A DNA stretch of 64,000 bases from Armatimonadota bacterium. GTDB taxonomy: Bacteria; Armatimonadota; SYMT01. Numbering within the stretch: the first letter of the stretch is position 1; every line of letters begins with the position of its first letter. Shown piece after piece: positions 18,976-27,598 of this stretch. The notes below the pieces were generated by a model. The model made no database searches, was not told the origin of the DNA, and saw nothing but the letters and a program-made list of their open reading frames with translations. The stretch is from positions 1 to 64,000 of the forward strand of contig JAWLHY010000019.1 of the NCBI GenBank assembly GCA_041690135.1, read 5' to 3'. Both the position numbers and the translations under genes were made by a program.

Positions 18976-21141
18976 ATGAACACCAAGCCCTATCTCCTCG
19001 CCCTGACTGGTCTCCTCCTGGCGGTGCCTGCGGTGATGCACGCCGCGACGGCGCCTAACGACGTGCGGTTGCAACCGCTCAAAGACCTGAACGGCTACTT
19101 CCCGTTTACCCCACCGCAGTCGAAGGCGGAGTGGGAGAAGCGCGCCGAGTACGTCCGGCGGCAGGTCCTCGTGTCGCAGGGGCTGTGGCCGATGCCGACG
19201 AAGACCCCGCTGAACGCCGTGATCCACGGGAAGATCGACCGGCCGGAGTACACCGTGGAAAAGGTCTACTTCGAAAGCACGCCCGGGTTCTTCGTTACCG
19301 GCAACCTGTACCGGCCGAAGAACGTGAAGGGGAAGGCGCCGGGGGTGCTTTTCGCACACGGGCATTGGCAGGACGCGCGCCTCTCCGAGGAGACCGAACC
19401 GAACCTGCTGAAAGAGATCGCCACCGGCCAGGAGCGGTTCGTTAAGGGCGGTCGCAGCCGCTTCCAGTCGATGTGCGTCCAACTGGCGCGGATGGGTTGC
19501 GTGGTGTGGCAGTGGGACATGCTGAGCGACTCGGATGCCGTGCAGCTCTCGCGGACCGTGGTCCACCGCTTCGCGAAGCAGCGGCCGGAGATGAACACCC
19601 GGGAGAACTGGGGCCTCTACAGCGCGCAGGCGGAGGCGCACCTGCAGAGCATCATGGGGCTCCAGACCTGGAACGCGATCCGCTCGCTAGACTTCCTGCT
19701 CGGCCTGCCCGAGGTGGACCCGGAGCGGACCGCCATTACCGGGGCGAGTGGCGGGGGCACGCAAACGATGCTCCTGGCTGCCATCGACCCGCGGGTGAAG
19801 CTGTCGTTCCCGGCCGTAATGGTGAGCACCGCGATGCAGGGCGGTTGCACCTGCGAGAACGCTTCGCTGCTGCGCGTCAACACAGGCAACGTGGAGTTCG
19901 CCGGCCTCTTCGCGCCGAAGCCGCAGGGCATGACGACGGCCAACGACTGGACCAAGGAGATGGCGACGAAGGGTTTTCCGGAGCTGCAGAAGCTGTACGC
20001 GCTGCTCGGGGCGCCCAACAACGTGATGCTCCACCGGGGCGAGCACTTCCCGCACAACTACAACGCCGTTTCCCGGTCGGCGTTCTACACCTGGCTCAAC
20101 CGGCACTTCAAGCTCGGCTTCAAGGAGCCGGTGGTCGAGCAGGATTACGAACCCCTCACCCGGGAGCAGCTCACCGTCTGGAATGCCCAGCACCCGGCGC
20201 CCAAGGCGGATGATCCCGACTTCGAGCGGCGGCTACTGCGGTGGTTAACGGAGGACGCCGAGAAGCAGTTGCGTGGCGCGGCCGCGTCCCCGGAGCGCCT
20301 GCGCCGGGAGATGGGTCCGGCCGTGGAGATTCTCATCGGCCGCACGTCGGAGACCGCCGGCGAAGTCGAGTGGGTGAATGGCGACGCCCGGGACCGCGGC
20401 AGCTATGCTCAGATCACCGGCCGGATGCGCAACAAGACGCACGGCGAGGAGGTCCCCGTTGTCCTGCTTAAGCCCAGCCGGCCGAATGGCCGCGCGGTTC
20501 TGTGGCTCGATGATCCCGGCAAAGCCGCCCTGTTCCGCGATGATGAGTCACTGAAGCCGGCGGTGCGACAGCTTGTGGACGCCGGGGTTACAGTCATCGG
20601 GGCCGACCTGCTGTTCCAGGGTGAGTTCTTGCCGGACGGGCAGCCGGTGAAGCAGACGCGCAAGGTGGAAAACCCGCGGGAGTTCGCGGGCTATACCTTC
20701 GGCTACAACCACGCGCTCTTCGCCCAGCGCGCGCACGATGTGCTGACGCTGGTGAAAGGTGTTCGCACGGTGGGGTCGCTCAAGCCGTCGTCGGTCGAGG
20801 TGGCGGGCTTTGGGGTGGCGGGTCCCATCGTCGCGGCGGCGCGCGCCGTAGCGGGGAACGGGATCGATCGCGCCGTGGTGGACACGGGCGGCCTCCGGTT
20901 CGGCAAGCTGCTTGACTATCGCGACCCGCAGTTTCTACCCGGCGGCGCCAAGTACCTGGACTTGCCCGGTTTCCTGGCCCTCGCCGCCCCACAGCCGCTC
21001 TGGCTGGCGGGAGAGGGCAGCCGTCCGGAACTGGTTGCGGATCTCTACAGGTCAGTAGGAGCGGCCGAACAGCTTACTGCCTTCACTGGAGAGGTTTCCC
21101 AGAGAGAAGCTGCGGCTACGAATTGGTTACTTCGGAAGTAG
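18976..21141 (+). CDS. Secreted alpha/beta hydrolase, acetylxylan esterase-like, with a second degenerate hydrolase domain
   Basis: Signal peptide; YVTGNLYRP-like FVTGNLYRP, AHGH, ITGASGGGTQT nucleophile elbow, GGCTCEN and HNY. Confidence 0.85.
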   Translation: MNTKPYLLALTGLLLAVPAVMHAATAPNDVRLQPLKDLNGYFPFTPPQSKAEWEKRAEYVRRQVLVSQGLWPMPTKTPLNAVIHGKIDRPEYTVEKVYFESTPGFFVTGNLYRPKNVKGKAPGVLFAHGHWQDARLSEETEPNLLKEIATGQERFVKGGRSRFQSMCVQLARMGCVVWQWDMLSDSDAVQLSRTVVHRFAKQRPEMNTRENWGLYSAQAEAHLQSIMGLQTWNAIRSLDFLLGLPEVDPERTAITGASGGGTQTMLLAAIDPRVKLSFPAVMVSTAMQGGCTCENASLLRVNTGNVEFAGLFAPKPQGMTTANDWTKEMATKGFPELQKLYALLGAPNNVMLHRGEHFPHNYNAVSRSAFYTWLNRHFKLGFKEPVVEQDYEPLTREQLTVWNAQHPAPKADDPDFERRLLRWLTEDAEKQLRGAAASPERLRREMGPAVEILIGRTSETAGEVEWVNGDARDRGSYAQITGRMRNKTHGEEVPVVLLKPSRPNGRAVLWLDDPGKAALFRDDESLKPAVRQLVDAGVTVIGADLLFQGEFLPDGQPVKQTRKVENPREFAGYTFGYNHALFAQRAHDVLTLVKGVRTVGSLKPSSVEVAGFGVAGPIVAAARAVAGNGIDRAVVDTGGLRFGKLLDYRDPQFLPGGAKYLDLPGFLALAAPQPLWLAGEGSRPELVADLYRSVGAAEQLTAFTGEVSQREAAATNWLLRK

Positions 21142-21261
21142 GGATGGGCGTTCCGGGCTGACGGGGATGATCCTGGGTGACGCGTCCTTCGCCTGAGGTT
21201 CCTTTCCGAACTTCAGGGCTGGTTCGTGCTGGCAAAGAGTTGCTACGACCGGGTAAGGACC

Positions 21262-21397
21262 AGTTCCCTGAACAGGGGGCCTGCCACGTCGGGTGCCGGG
21301 GTGCAGAGGCAGAGTGGCTGTGCTCCGACGATGCAACGGTGGTTGTCTGTGGAGACGGTTGGGTTCTATCCCTCCTCGCAGGGACGTTTGTGAGGTT
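21262..21397 (+). repeat. Degenerate dispersed repeat, copy B
   Basis: AGTTCCCTGAACAGGGGGCCTGCCACGTCG...CCCTCCTCGCAGGGAC; first 30 nt are 27/30 identical to copy A. Confidence 0.65.
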
Positions 21398-21408
21398 CTT
21401 TGCCGAGA

Positions 21409-22392
21409 TCACTGCTGTTGTTGCTGCTGCTGTTGTTGGACGATGAGCGCCTGCTGGACGATGGAGGTGGTGGGGCTCTTTTTTGCCTGGCGCGTGGCGG
21501 GTGGGGCGGTCCGGGGCGCACGATACAGCACACGGGCGCGGGTATCGAGTTCCTCATTGCTGATCGGCCGGATGAAGACCGTGACCTTGAGCTCCTCGAC
21601 GCCGGCCCCGCGATAGATGCCGCGGTTGGGGGGCACGTCGCGGAAATCCCGGCCGATGCCGAGCCGGACGTGGTTCTCTTCGACCCATTGGTTGTGGGTC
21701 GGGTCGACGCCGAACCAGCCATAGTCCGTATCGAAGACTTCCAACCAGGCATGGCTGGCCGCGGCGGTCTCCCCCGGCTCGTCCGGAAGCACGTAGCCGC
21801 TCACGTACCGCGCCGCAAATCCCAGGTAGCGGCAAGTCGCCAGCATCAGGTGGGCGAAGTCCTGGCACACACCCGCGCCGTGTCGGAGAACATCCGAGAT
21901 GGGTGAGGAAGCCGTCGTCACGTCTCCCTCGTAGCGGAAGTTGCCATGGATCAACTCGCGGATCTTCTCGGCGGCCAACTGCACCGGCAGGTCTTTCCAG
22001 GGCTCCAAGGGCCGGACGAATTCGCGGAAGGCGGTGCCCCATTCCGTGAGTGGGGTGGGACGCAGGTAGTCGTGCAGTCGCACTTGGGAGGCGGGCGACG
22101 CGCGCTGGTCCGGTGGAATGCCGTTCCCGCGGAAGCGCGCCGGGAAGGTCTCTACCACGCTATCGAAGATCACCTCCATGCGGTCGTGGGGCTGGAGCAG
22201 GTTCAGGTACGTTACCGTGTTCCCCAGCCCGTCCACGTACTGCTGCATCGGGCAGGGCGGGGTAGACCGCTGGCGGTGCTGGAGCAGGTGCTGAGAGCCG
22301 TCGGTCAACGGAGTCAGGCGAAACTCCATGCAGCTCTCGCTGATCGGCTCGGAGTACTCGAACGTGTTGTGATGGGTGATCTCGAGAAGCAT
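21409..22392 (-). CDS. Bacterial transglutaminase-like protein (Anbu-operon type) with a C-terminal poly-Gln tail
   Basis: ATG at 22392; N-terminal Bact_transglu_N-like region; GVCQDFAH, ARYVSGY, SHAW, DPT and GRDFRDVPP; ends in nine Gln. Confidence 0.92.
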   Translation of the reverse strand: MLLEITHHNTFEYSEPISESCMEFRLTPLTDGSQHLLQHRQRSTPPCPMQQYVDGLGNTVTYLNLLQPHDRMEVIFDSVVETFPARFRGNGIPPDQRASPASQVRLHDYLRPTPLTEWGTAFREFVRPLEPWKDLPVQLAAEKIRELIHGNFRYEGDVTTASSPISDVLRHGAGVCQDFAHLMLATCRYLGFAARYVSGYVLPDEPGETAAASHAWLEVFDTDYGWFGVDPTHNQWVEENHVRLGIGRDFRDVPPNRGIYRGAGVEELKVTVFIRPISNEELDTRARVLYRAPRTAPPATRQAKKSPTTSIVQQALIVQQQQQQQQQ

Positions 22393-22396
22393 AGCG

Positions 22397-23335
22397 TTAG
22401 CGGAAGTACTGGCGGGCAATGCCGGATGAAATCTGCTGGAGTTTGCCGAGCAACTCGGCCAGGTAGCCCTGGATACCGCGACCGATGATCTCGTCGATCC
22501 GGGCGAACCGCAACTCGGCGACCAGGCGACCGGAATACTGCTCCGCATCGTTGCTAAACAGGTCATGCGGAGTTCCGCTCAAGGTGTGGAGCGAGTGGCC
22601 GATCTCCTGGACGCAGAACTCCACCGAGCGGGCGAACCTGGCTTCCAATAGGAGGAACTCGATGGCGCGTTCCACGGTGACGGTCCGCTCCGCGCGGGCG
22701 AAGGCCTCGAAGGCGGTGCAGGAACGCAGCGTGGCGACGAGGTGCATCGTATCGATGGTGTGGCCCGCTTCCGCCGCGGCATACAGGACGGGGTGGGAAA
22801 GCATCGCCTCCAGCACGCGGGCCGTCCAGTCGGCGCGTTCGACGTACTGTCCGAGCATCATGAAGTGCCACTCGTCGCCGCGTACCATCGTATTGTCGCG
22901 CAGGCCCTGGAACAGATGTGAAGCATTGCGCACTCGCTGGAGCATGGAGAGCTCCCCCGCTTCCGTCGGCGGAGATCCGGCCTCTTCGTGGAGGCGCATG
23001 TGGAGGACGTTCAGTTCCTCCCACATCTCGGTGGAAATGGCGTCCCGGATGCCCCGCGCGTTTTCACGAGCGCGTACCACGGAGGAAATGACGCTGGCCG
23101 GCGTCTCTTGATCGAAGGCAAAGCACCGGAAGGTCTCGCCCAATCCCTCATCGGGTGGCGTCTCCCCAGCCAGGAGTTTGCCCGTCACCCGCCAGCAGTG
23201 GTCGGTGGCTCCGTGGAGCACCCCGCGCAGTTCCTGGGTGTAGTTGTGAGTCACCGCCAGGAAACGGGAGGTATTCTCCGCCCGCTCCAGGTACCGGGAC
23301 ATCCAGAAGAGTGAATTGGCAACGCGACTCAGCAT
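22397..23335 (-). CDS. Alpha-E domain protein
   Basis: MLSRVANSLFWMSRYLERAEN, ARENARGIR...EMWE and GQYVERAD (ER motifs). Confidence 0.93.
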   Translation of the reverse strand: MLSRVANSLFWMSRYLERAENTSRFLAVTHNYTQELRGVLHGATDHCWRVTGKLLAGETPPDEGLGETFRCFAFDQETPASVISSVVRARENARGIRDAISTEMWEELNVLHMRLHEEAGSPPTEAGELSMLQRVRNASHLFQGLRDNTMVRGDEWHFMMLGQYVERADWTARVLEAMLSHPVLYAAAEAGHTIDTMHLVATLRSCTAFEAFARAERTVTVERAIEFLLLEARFARSVEFCVQEIGHSLHTLSGTPHDLFSNDAEQYSGRLVAELRFARIDEIIGRGIQGYLAELLGKLQQISSGIARQYFR

Positions 23336-23336
23336 G

Positions 23337-24785
23337 TCAGCTCAACACCCAGGTATCCTTACTGCCCCCGCCTTGCGACGAATTGACGACGAGGGACCCT
23401 TTCCGCAGTGCCACCCGGGTCAGCCCGCCCGGCAAAACGAAGATCTCCTCACCGCAGAGAATGTAAGGACGCAGATCGACGTGGCGCGGCTCGAGCCGGC
23501 AGTCGATCCAGGTCGGGTGCGTGGATAGCGAGATCACCGGTTGGGCGATGTAGCTCCGCGGTTCAGCTTTGATGCGGGTCCGGAACTCCTCCAGTTCCAG
23601 GCGGGAAGCGGTGGGACCCATCAGCATGCCGTACCCTCCGGCCTCGTCCACCCGCTTCACTACCAGTCTCTCCAGGTGCGTCAACACGTGGTCGAGGGTC
23701 TTGTCGTCCAGGGGGAGGTAGGTCTCCACGTTGTTCAGGATCGGCTCCTCGTCCAGGTAGTAGCGGATGATCTGGGGCACATAGGCGTACACGGCCTTGT
23801 CGTCGGCCACGCCAGTGCCCACCGAGTTGGCCAGCGCCACGTTCCCGCTGCGGTAGGCATTCACCAGGCCCGCGACACCCAGCGCACTGTCCGGCCGGAA
23901 GACCACCGGGTCGATGAAATCGTCGTCGATGCGCCGGTAGATCACGTCCACGCGCTCGAGCCCGCGGGTCGTGCGCATGTAGACGATGTCGTCGTCCACC
24001 ACGAGGTCGCTCCCCTCGACGAGCTGGATGCCCATCTGCTTTGCGAGGTAGGTGTGTTCGAAGTAGGCGGAGTTGAAGACGCCGGGCGAAAGGAGAGCTG
24101 CTACCGGCTCTTCGCGTGTGGGCGGGGCGATGTATTGCAGTACCTTCAGCAGGTGTCGGCAGTAGTCCTGAACGGGGCGCACATCGTAGCCCGTGAAAAG
24201 TTCGGGGAAGATGCGCTGCATCGCCAGGCGGTTCTCCATCACGTAGGAGACGCCGGAAGGGCTCCGCAAGTTGTCTTCCAGCACCAGGTAGCTGCCGTCG
24301 CGGTCACGGATCAGGTCGGTGCCGCAGATGTGAACGTAGATATCCGCCGGCACGGGTACGCCGACCCACTCGCGGCGGTAGTGTCGCGCCCCAAAGACGA
24401 GATCGACGGGCACCACGCCGTCTTTCAGGATCTTCCGGTCGTGATAGATGTCCTTGAGGAAGAGGTTAAGGGCGTGGATCCGCTGTTTCAACCCGCGCTC
24501 GATGCGGGCCCACTCCTCGGCGGGAATCAGGCGTGGGAAGGTGTCGAAGGGGAAGACCCGGTCGACTCCGGCCTTCTCCCCGTAGACGGTGAAGGTCGTG
24601 CCCCGGTTGAGGAAGAGCAACTCCGCCGCTCGTTGCCGCCGGACCATCGACTCCGGGGTAAAGTCCTGGAGCGTAGTCGCCAGGGGGTTGTAGTGCGAGC
24701 GGATCCCACCCTCAGGAGCGAGGGTTTCGTCGTAGGCGTTCCTGGTCTCGTATCCCGCGCTGAGATCCATCCCCTGCGTCCCCAC
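23337..24785 (-). CDS. Circularly permuted type 2 ATP-grasp protein
   Basis: [44 protein letters not shown] and [15 protein letters not shown] motifs. Confidence 0.95.
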   Translation of the reverse strand: MGTQGMDLSAGYETRNAYDETLAPEGGIRSHYNPLATTLQDFTPESMVRRQRAAELLFLNRGTTFTVYGEKAGVDRVFPFDTFPRLIPAEEWARIERGLKQRIHALNLFLKDIYHDRKILKDGVVPVDLVFGARHYRREWVGVPVPADIYVHICGTDLIRDRDGSYLVLEDNLRSPSGVSYVMENRLAMQRIFPELFTGYDVRPVQDYCRHLLKVLQYIAPPTREEPVAALLSPGVFNSAYFEHTYLAKQMGIQLVEGSDLVVDDDIVYMRTTRGLERVDVIYRRIDDDFIDPVVFRPDSALGVAGLVNAYRSGNVALANSVGTGVADDKAVYAYVPQIIRYYLDEEPILNNVETYLPLDDKTLDHVLTHLERLVVKRVDEAGGYGMLMGPTASRLELEEFRTRIKAEPRSYIAQPVISLSTHPTWIDCRLEPRHVDLRPYILCGEEIFVLPGGLTRVALRKGSLVVNSSQGGGSKDTWVLS

Positions 24786-25110
24786 TGCTCGTCAAGTCCC
24801 TTGCTCGGCCGCGTCTTCCCTGTCGCGGGGCGAAGCCGACACCGGCGTTACATCCGGATGTGCCGGAGCCGATCCCGGAGCCGCCTTCCACTTCGAGGCA
24901 TTTCAGTTCTCCAGGACAGGTTCGCATAGGTATAGGGATGGACCTCTCCGGGGTTAAACCGCTTCGAGCGGATACTGCAGAGGATACCCCGGCGCAAGGA
25001 TTGATGCGCCCGCCTTTGTGATCGCGGCGTGGATATTCCCACGGGCCACCGGACGCCTGTAAGTTCCACTGTGGGGCAGGATATCTTGGGCGGAGTGTGG
25101 GACCAGAGGA

Positions 25111-25881
25111 TCACCCGGAGTCGCCGGTATTGAGGAGGCGGACCACCTCCCAGTGCCGGCGCTCCCGGGCGCGGTGGATGGCAGTCATGCCGTGCTGGTC
25201 GCGGATGGCCGGCGAGGCTCCGCTTTTCAATAGAATCCGCACGACCTGGGTGCGGCCGTTCGTGGCGGCGATGGAGAGGGCAGTCCGGCCGGCGCGATCG
25301 CGGGCATTCACGTCCGCCTTCCGCCGCAGCAGGAGGCGGACAGTGTCGGCCTGTCCGAACTCGGCGGCGCCCATCAGGGGAGTGGCCCCCAGGGCACTGG
25401 GGCGATTCGGGCTGACACCTTGATCCAGCAATTGCGCGAGCACGTTCAGCTCACCCTGCGCCGCGGACCAGAACAGCGCGTCCCCCAGGCCCTGGTCCGC
25501 GTGGTGTTCCAGCAGGAGGCGGATCATCGCCACATCCCCTCCCAGTGCCGCCTGCGAAAGCGGCGTTTCCCCGGCGGTACTGCGCGCGTTCGGATCGGCG
25601 CCGGCCTCCAGCAACGTCCGGGCCGTATCCACGTGCCGGTAGCGGGCCGCCCACATCAGCGCCGTGTGGCCGGCGGAATCCCGGATGTCGACCTGATTGC
25701 CCTCGGAAGCGGACAGGATTTTGCGTACCAGGGCCAGGTCGCCATTCTTGGCGCTCGTTAGGAGACCTTCGGGCCGTATTTGCGCGCGTTCCTGCCACAC
25801 CATTCCCAGGCGCAGGAGTAGGCCCACGCCCACCAGAAGCCCCAGCCATGCCATCAGATTGAAAAGACGCCGGAAAATCAC
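25111..25881 (-). CDS. Membrane-anchored ankyrin repeat protein
   Basis: N-terminal TM helix; repeated G.T(A/P)L..AA..G...VR.LL..GAD.N units. Confidence 0.9.
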   Translation of the reverse strand: MIFRRLFNLMAWLGLLVGVGLLLRLGMVWQERAQIRPEGLLTSAKNGDLALVRKILSASEGNQVDIRDSAGHTALMWAARYRHVDTARTLLEAGADPNARSTAGETPLSQAALGGDVAMIRLLLEHHADQGLGDALFWSAAQGELNVLAQLLDQGVSPNRPSALGATPLMGAAEFGQADTVRLLLRRKADVNARDRAGRTALSIAATNGRTQVVRILLKSGASPAIRDQHGMTAIHRARERRHWEVVRLLNTGDSG

Positions 25882-25967
25882 GAAGCCTGCCTCTGCCTTG
25901 ATTATCAGCAGATGGCAGGCCTCTCGATAGTGCCCCGCAGCACCGAACTCCGGTTGCAGGCATCACA

Positions 25968-26366
25968 TCATCTTCTCACGGGGGGTTCGTGTTTCCGGGG
26001 GAGGTGGGGTTCGAGCGTCTGGTCGAGGACGAAAATAGAAACCTGCTCGCCGGTCTTGGTGCTTACGTCGTTGTGGATGCTGGTGACGCGACAGCCGGTG
26101 TGCGACTCCACGATCTGCTCCAGGTCGCGCCGGGCGATCTCGTGCATCTGCTGGTGGAACTGCTTGACCAGGCTCTGACCATGGGGATTGCCGAGAAGCT
26201 GGCGCTCGGCGGGCGTGAGGACTTCTTGCATGCGCACGATGACCATATCCTGAACGATATAGGTGTGCGCCTGGGTGGGGCCGCGTCCGGTCCGCTCGCG
26301 TTGGAGCTTGACCATGGCGTCGCTGATTTCGGCCTCGATCTGGCCTTTGGTTTTATTTTGGGGCAT
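25968..26366 (-). CDS. DUF2294 / MpsC-family protein
   Basis: TKGQIEAEIS, GRGP, LTPAERQL, G..V.SIHNDVSTKTGE patterns. Confidence 0.88.
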   Translation of the reverse strand: MPQNKTKGQIEAEISDAMVKLQRERTGRGPTQAHTYIVQDMVIVRMQEVLTPAERQLLGNPHGQSLVKQFHQQMHEIARRDLEQIVESHTGCRVTSIHNDVSTKTGEQVSIFVLDQTLEPHLPRKHEPPVRR

Positions 26367-26399
26367 GGTCGCGTGAAACAGGTCCGCTCACGGAAGTCC

Positions 26400-26447
26400 A
26401 AACGGGAACGGCGAGTGGGCGCGGAATACGCTCCCACTCTCCCGTTT
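26400..26447. terminator. Imperfect hairpin between korB and the DUF2294 gene
   Basis: AAACGGGA..GAGTGGGCGCG-GAATA-CGCTCCCACTCTCCCGTTT. Confidence 0.55.
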
Positions 26448-26502
26448 TCTTCTCGTTCGACCTGCGATCGAATGACACCTCGGGATCGGCCGAGCCGGTT
26501 CC

Positions 26503-27579
26503 CTAGTGTCCGTTGCTGTTGCCGTTGCTTCCGTTAGCGGAAAGGGCCGTTGCCACGGGCGCCTCGACCACCCAGGTGTCCGCGGCATGGTAGAGCTTCT
26601 TCAAATCGCCGGTGCCACGCTTTGCGCGAGCCTGTTGGATCTGGGCTACGGTCTGCTCGGCGAAAGTCGGTTTCTGCACGGCACGGAACACTCCCACGGG
26701 CACCGGGAAGTGCGGCGGTTCCATCCGGCTGAGCATCCAGGCCAGGGTCGGGTTCTCCGCATGGGCGTCGTGCACGAGCAGATCCGCTTCGGTGATACCG
26801 TTGCCGAGTTCGACCACTTCCGGGGTCAGTCCGTTCAGGCGGATACCGCGGTCCTTGTTCTTACCGAACACCATCGGCTGCCCGTGCTCCAGGTAAAGCA
26901 CGTTGTCTTCGCGCGTGGCCTTATCCGTGATCGAATCCCAGGCATGATCATTGAAGATGATGCAGTTCTGGTAGATCTCTACGAACGAGGTGCCCTGGTG
27001 CGCGGCCGCCTGTTTGAAGACGTCGCCCATGTGCTTGATGTAAACGTCGACGGTGCGCGCGATGAAGGTCGCCTCTGCCGCCAGCGCGATGCCGATCGGG
27101 TTCAGGGACTGCTCCACGGAGCCCATCGGCGAAGACTTCGTTTTGTGTCCCGGCCTCGAAGTCGGTGAATACTGCCCCTTGGTCAGCCCGTAGATCCGGT
27201 TGTTGAACAGCAGGAGGTTCAGGTTGACGTTGCGGCGCATGCAGTGGATCAGGTGGTTGCCGCCGATCGAAAGCCCGTCGCCATCGCCCGTCACCACCCA
27301 CACGCAGAGGTCGGGGTTGGTGATGTTGAGGCCGGTCGCAAGCGTGGGGGCACGCCCGTGGATCGAGTGGATCCCGTAGGTGTTCATGTAGTACGGGAAC
27401 CGGCTGGAGCAGCCGATACCGGACACGAACACGATCTTTTCGCGCGGAATCCCCAGCTCCGGCAGCACCTTCTGCATCTGCTTCAGGATCGAGTAATCGC
27501 CGCACCCGGGGCACCAGCGCACTTCCTGGCTGGAAGTAAAGTCCGCGGGAGTGAGCTTGGGAAGAATTGTCTCGCTCAT
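26503..27579 (-). CDS. korB: 2-oxoacid:ferredoxin oxidoreductase, beta subunit
   Basis: WCPGCGD, SGIGCSSR, HGRA, GDGD and YGLTKGQYSPT; ATG at 27579. Confidence 0.92.
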   Translation of the reverse strand: MSETILPKLTPADFTSSQEVRWCPGCGDYSILKQMQKVLPELGIPREKIVFVSGIGCSSRFPYYMNTYGIHSIHGRAPTLATGLNITNPDLCVWVVTGDGDGLSIGGNHLIHCMRRNVNLNLLLFNNRIYGLTKGQYSPTSRPGHKTKSSPMGSVEQSLNPIGIALAAEATFIARTVDVYIKHMGDVFKQAAAHQGTSFVEIYQNCIIFNDHAWDSITDKATREDNVLYLEHGQPMVFGKNKDRGIRLNGLTPEVVELGNGITEADLLVHDAHAENPTLAWMLSRMEPPHFPVPVGVFRAVQKPTFAEQTVAQIQQARAKRGTGDLKKLYHAADTWVVEAPVATALSANGSNGNSNGH

Positions 27580-27598
27580 CAATAACCTCTCGACGCCT

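Noticed and set aside
24842-24866. Palindrome ACATCCGGATGT upstream of the ATP-grasp operon as a nitrogen-regulator site
   Set aside because: It does not match the NtcA, TnrA/GlnR or sigma54 consensus well and occurs only once.
26367-26500. Possible riboswitch upstream of DUF2294
   Set aside because: Only one hairpin is visible, with no recognisable aptamer consensus; treated as a terminator-like structure.
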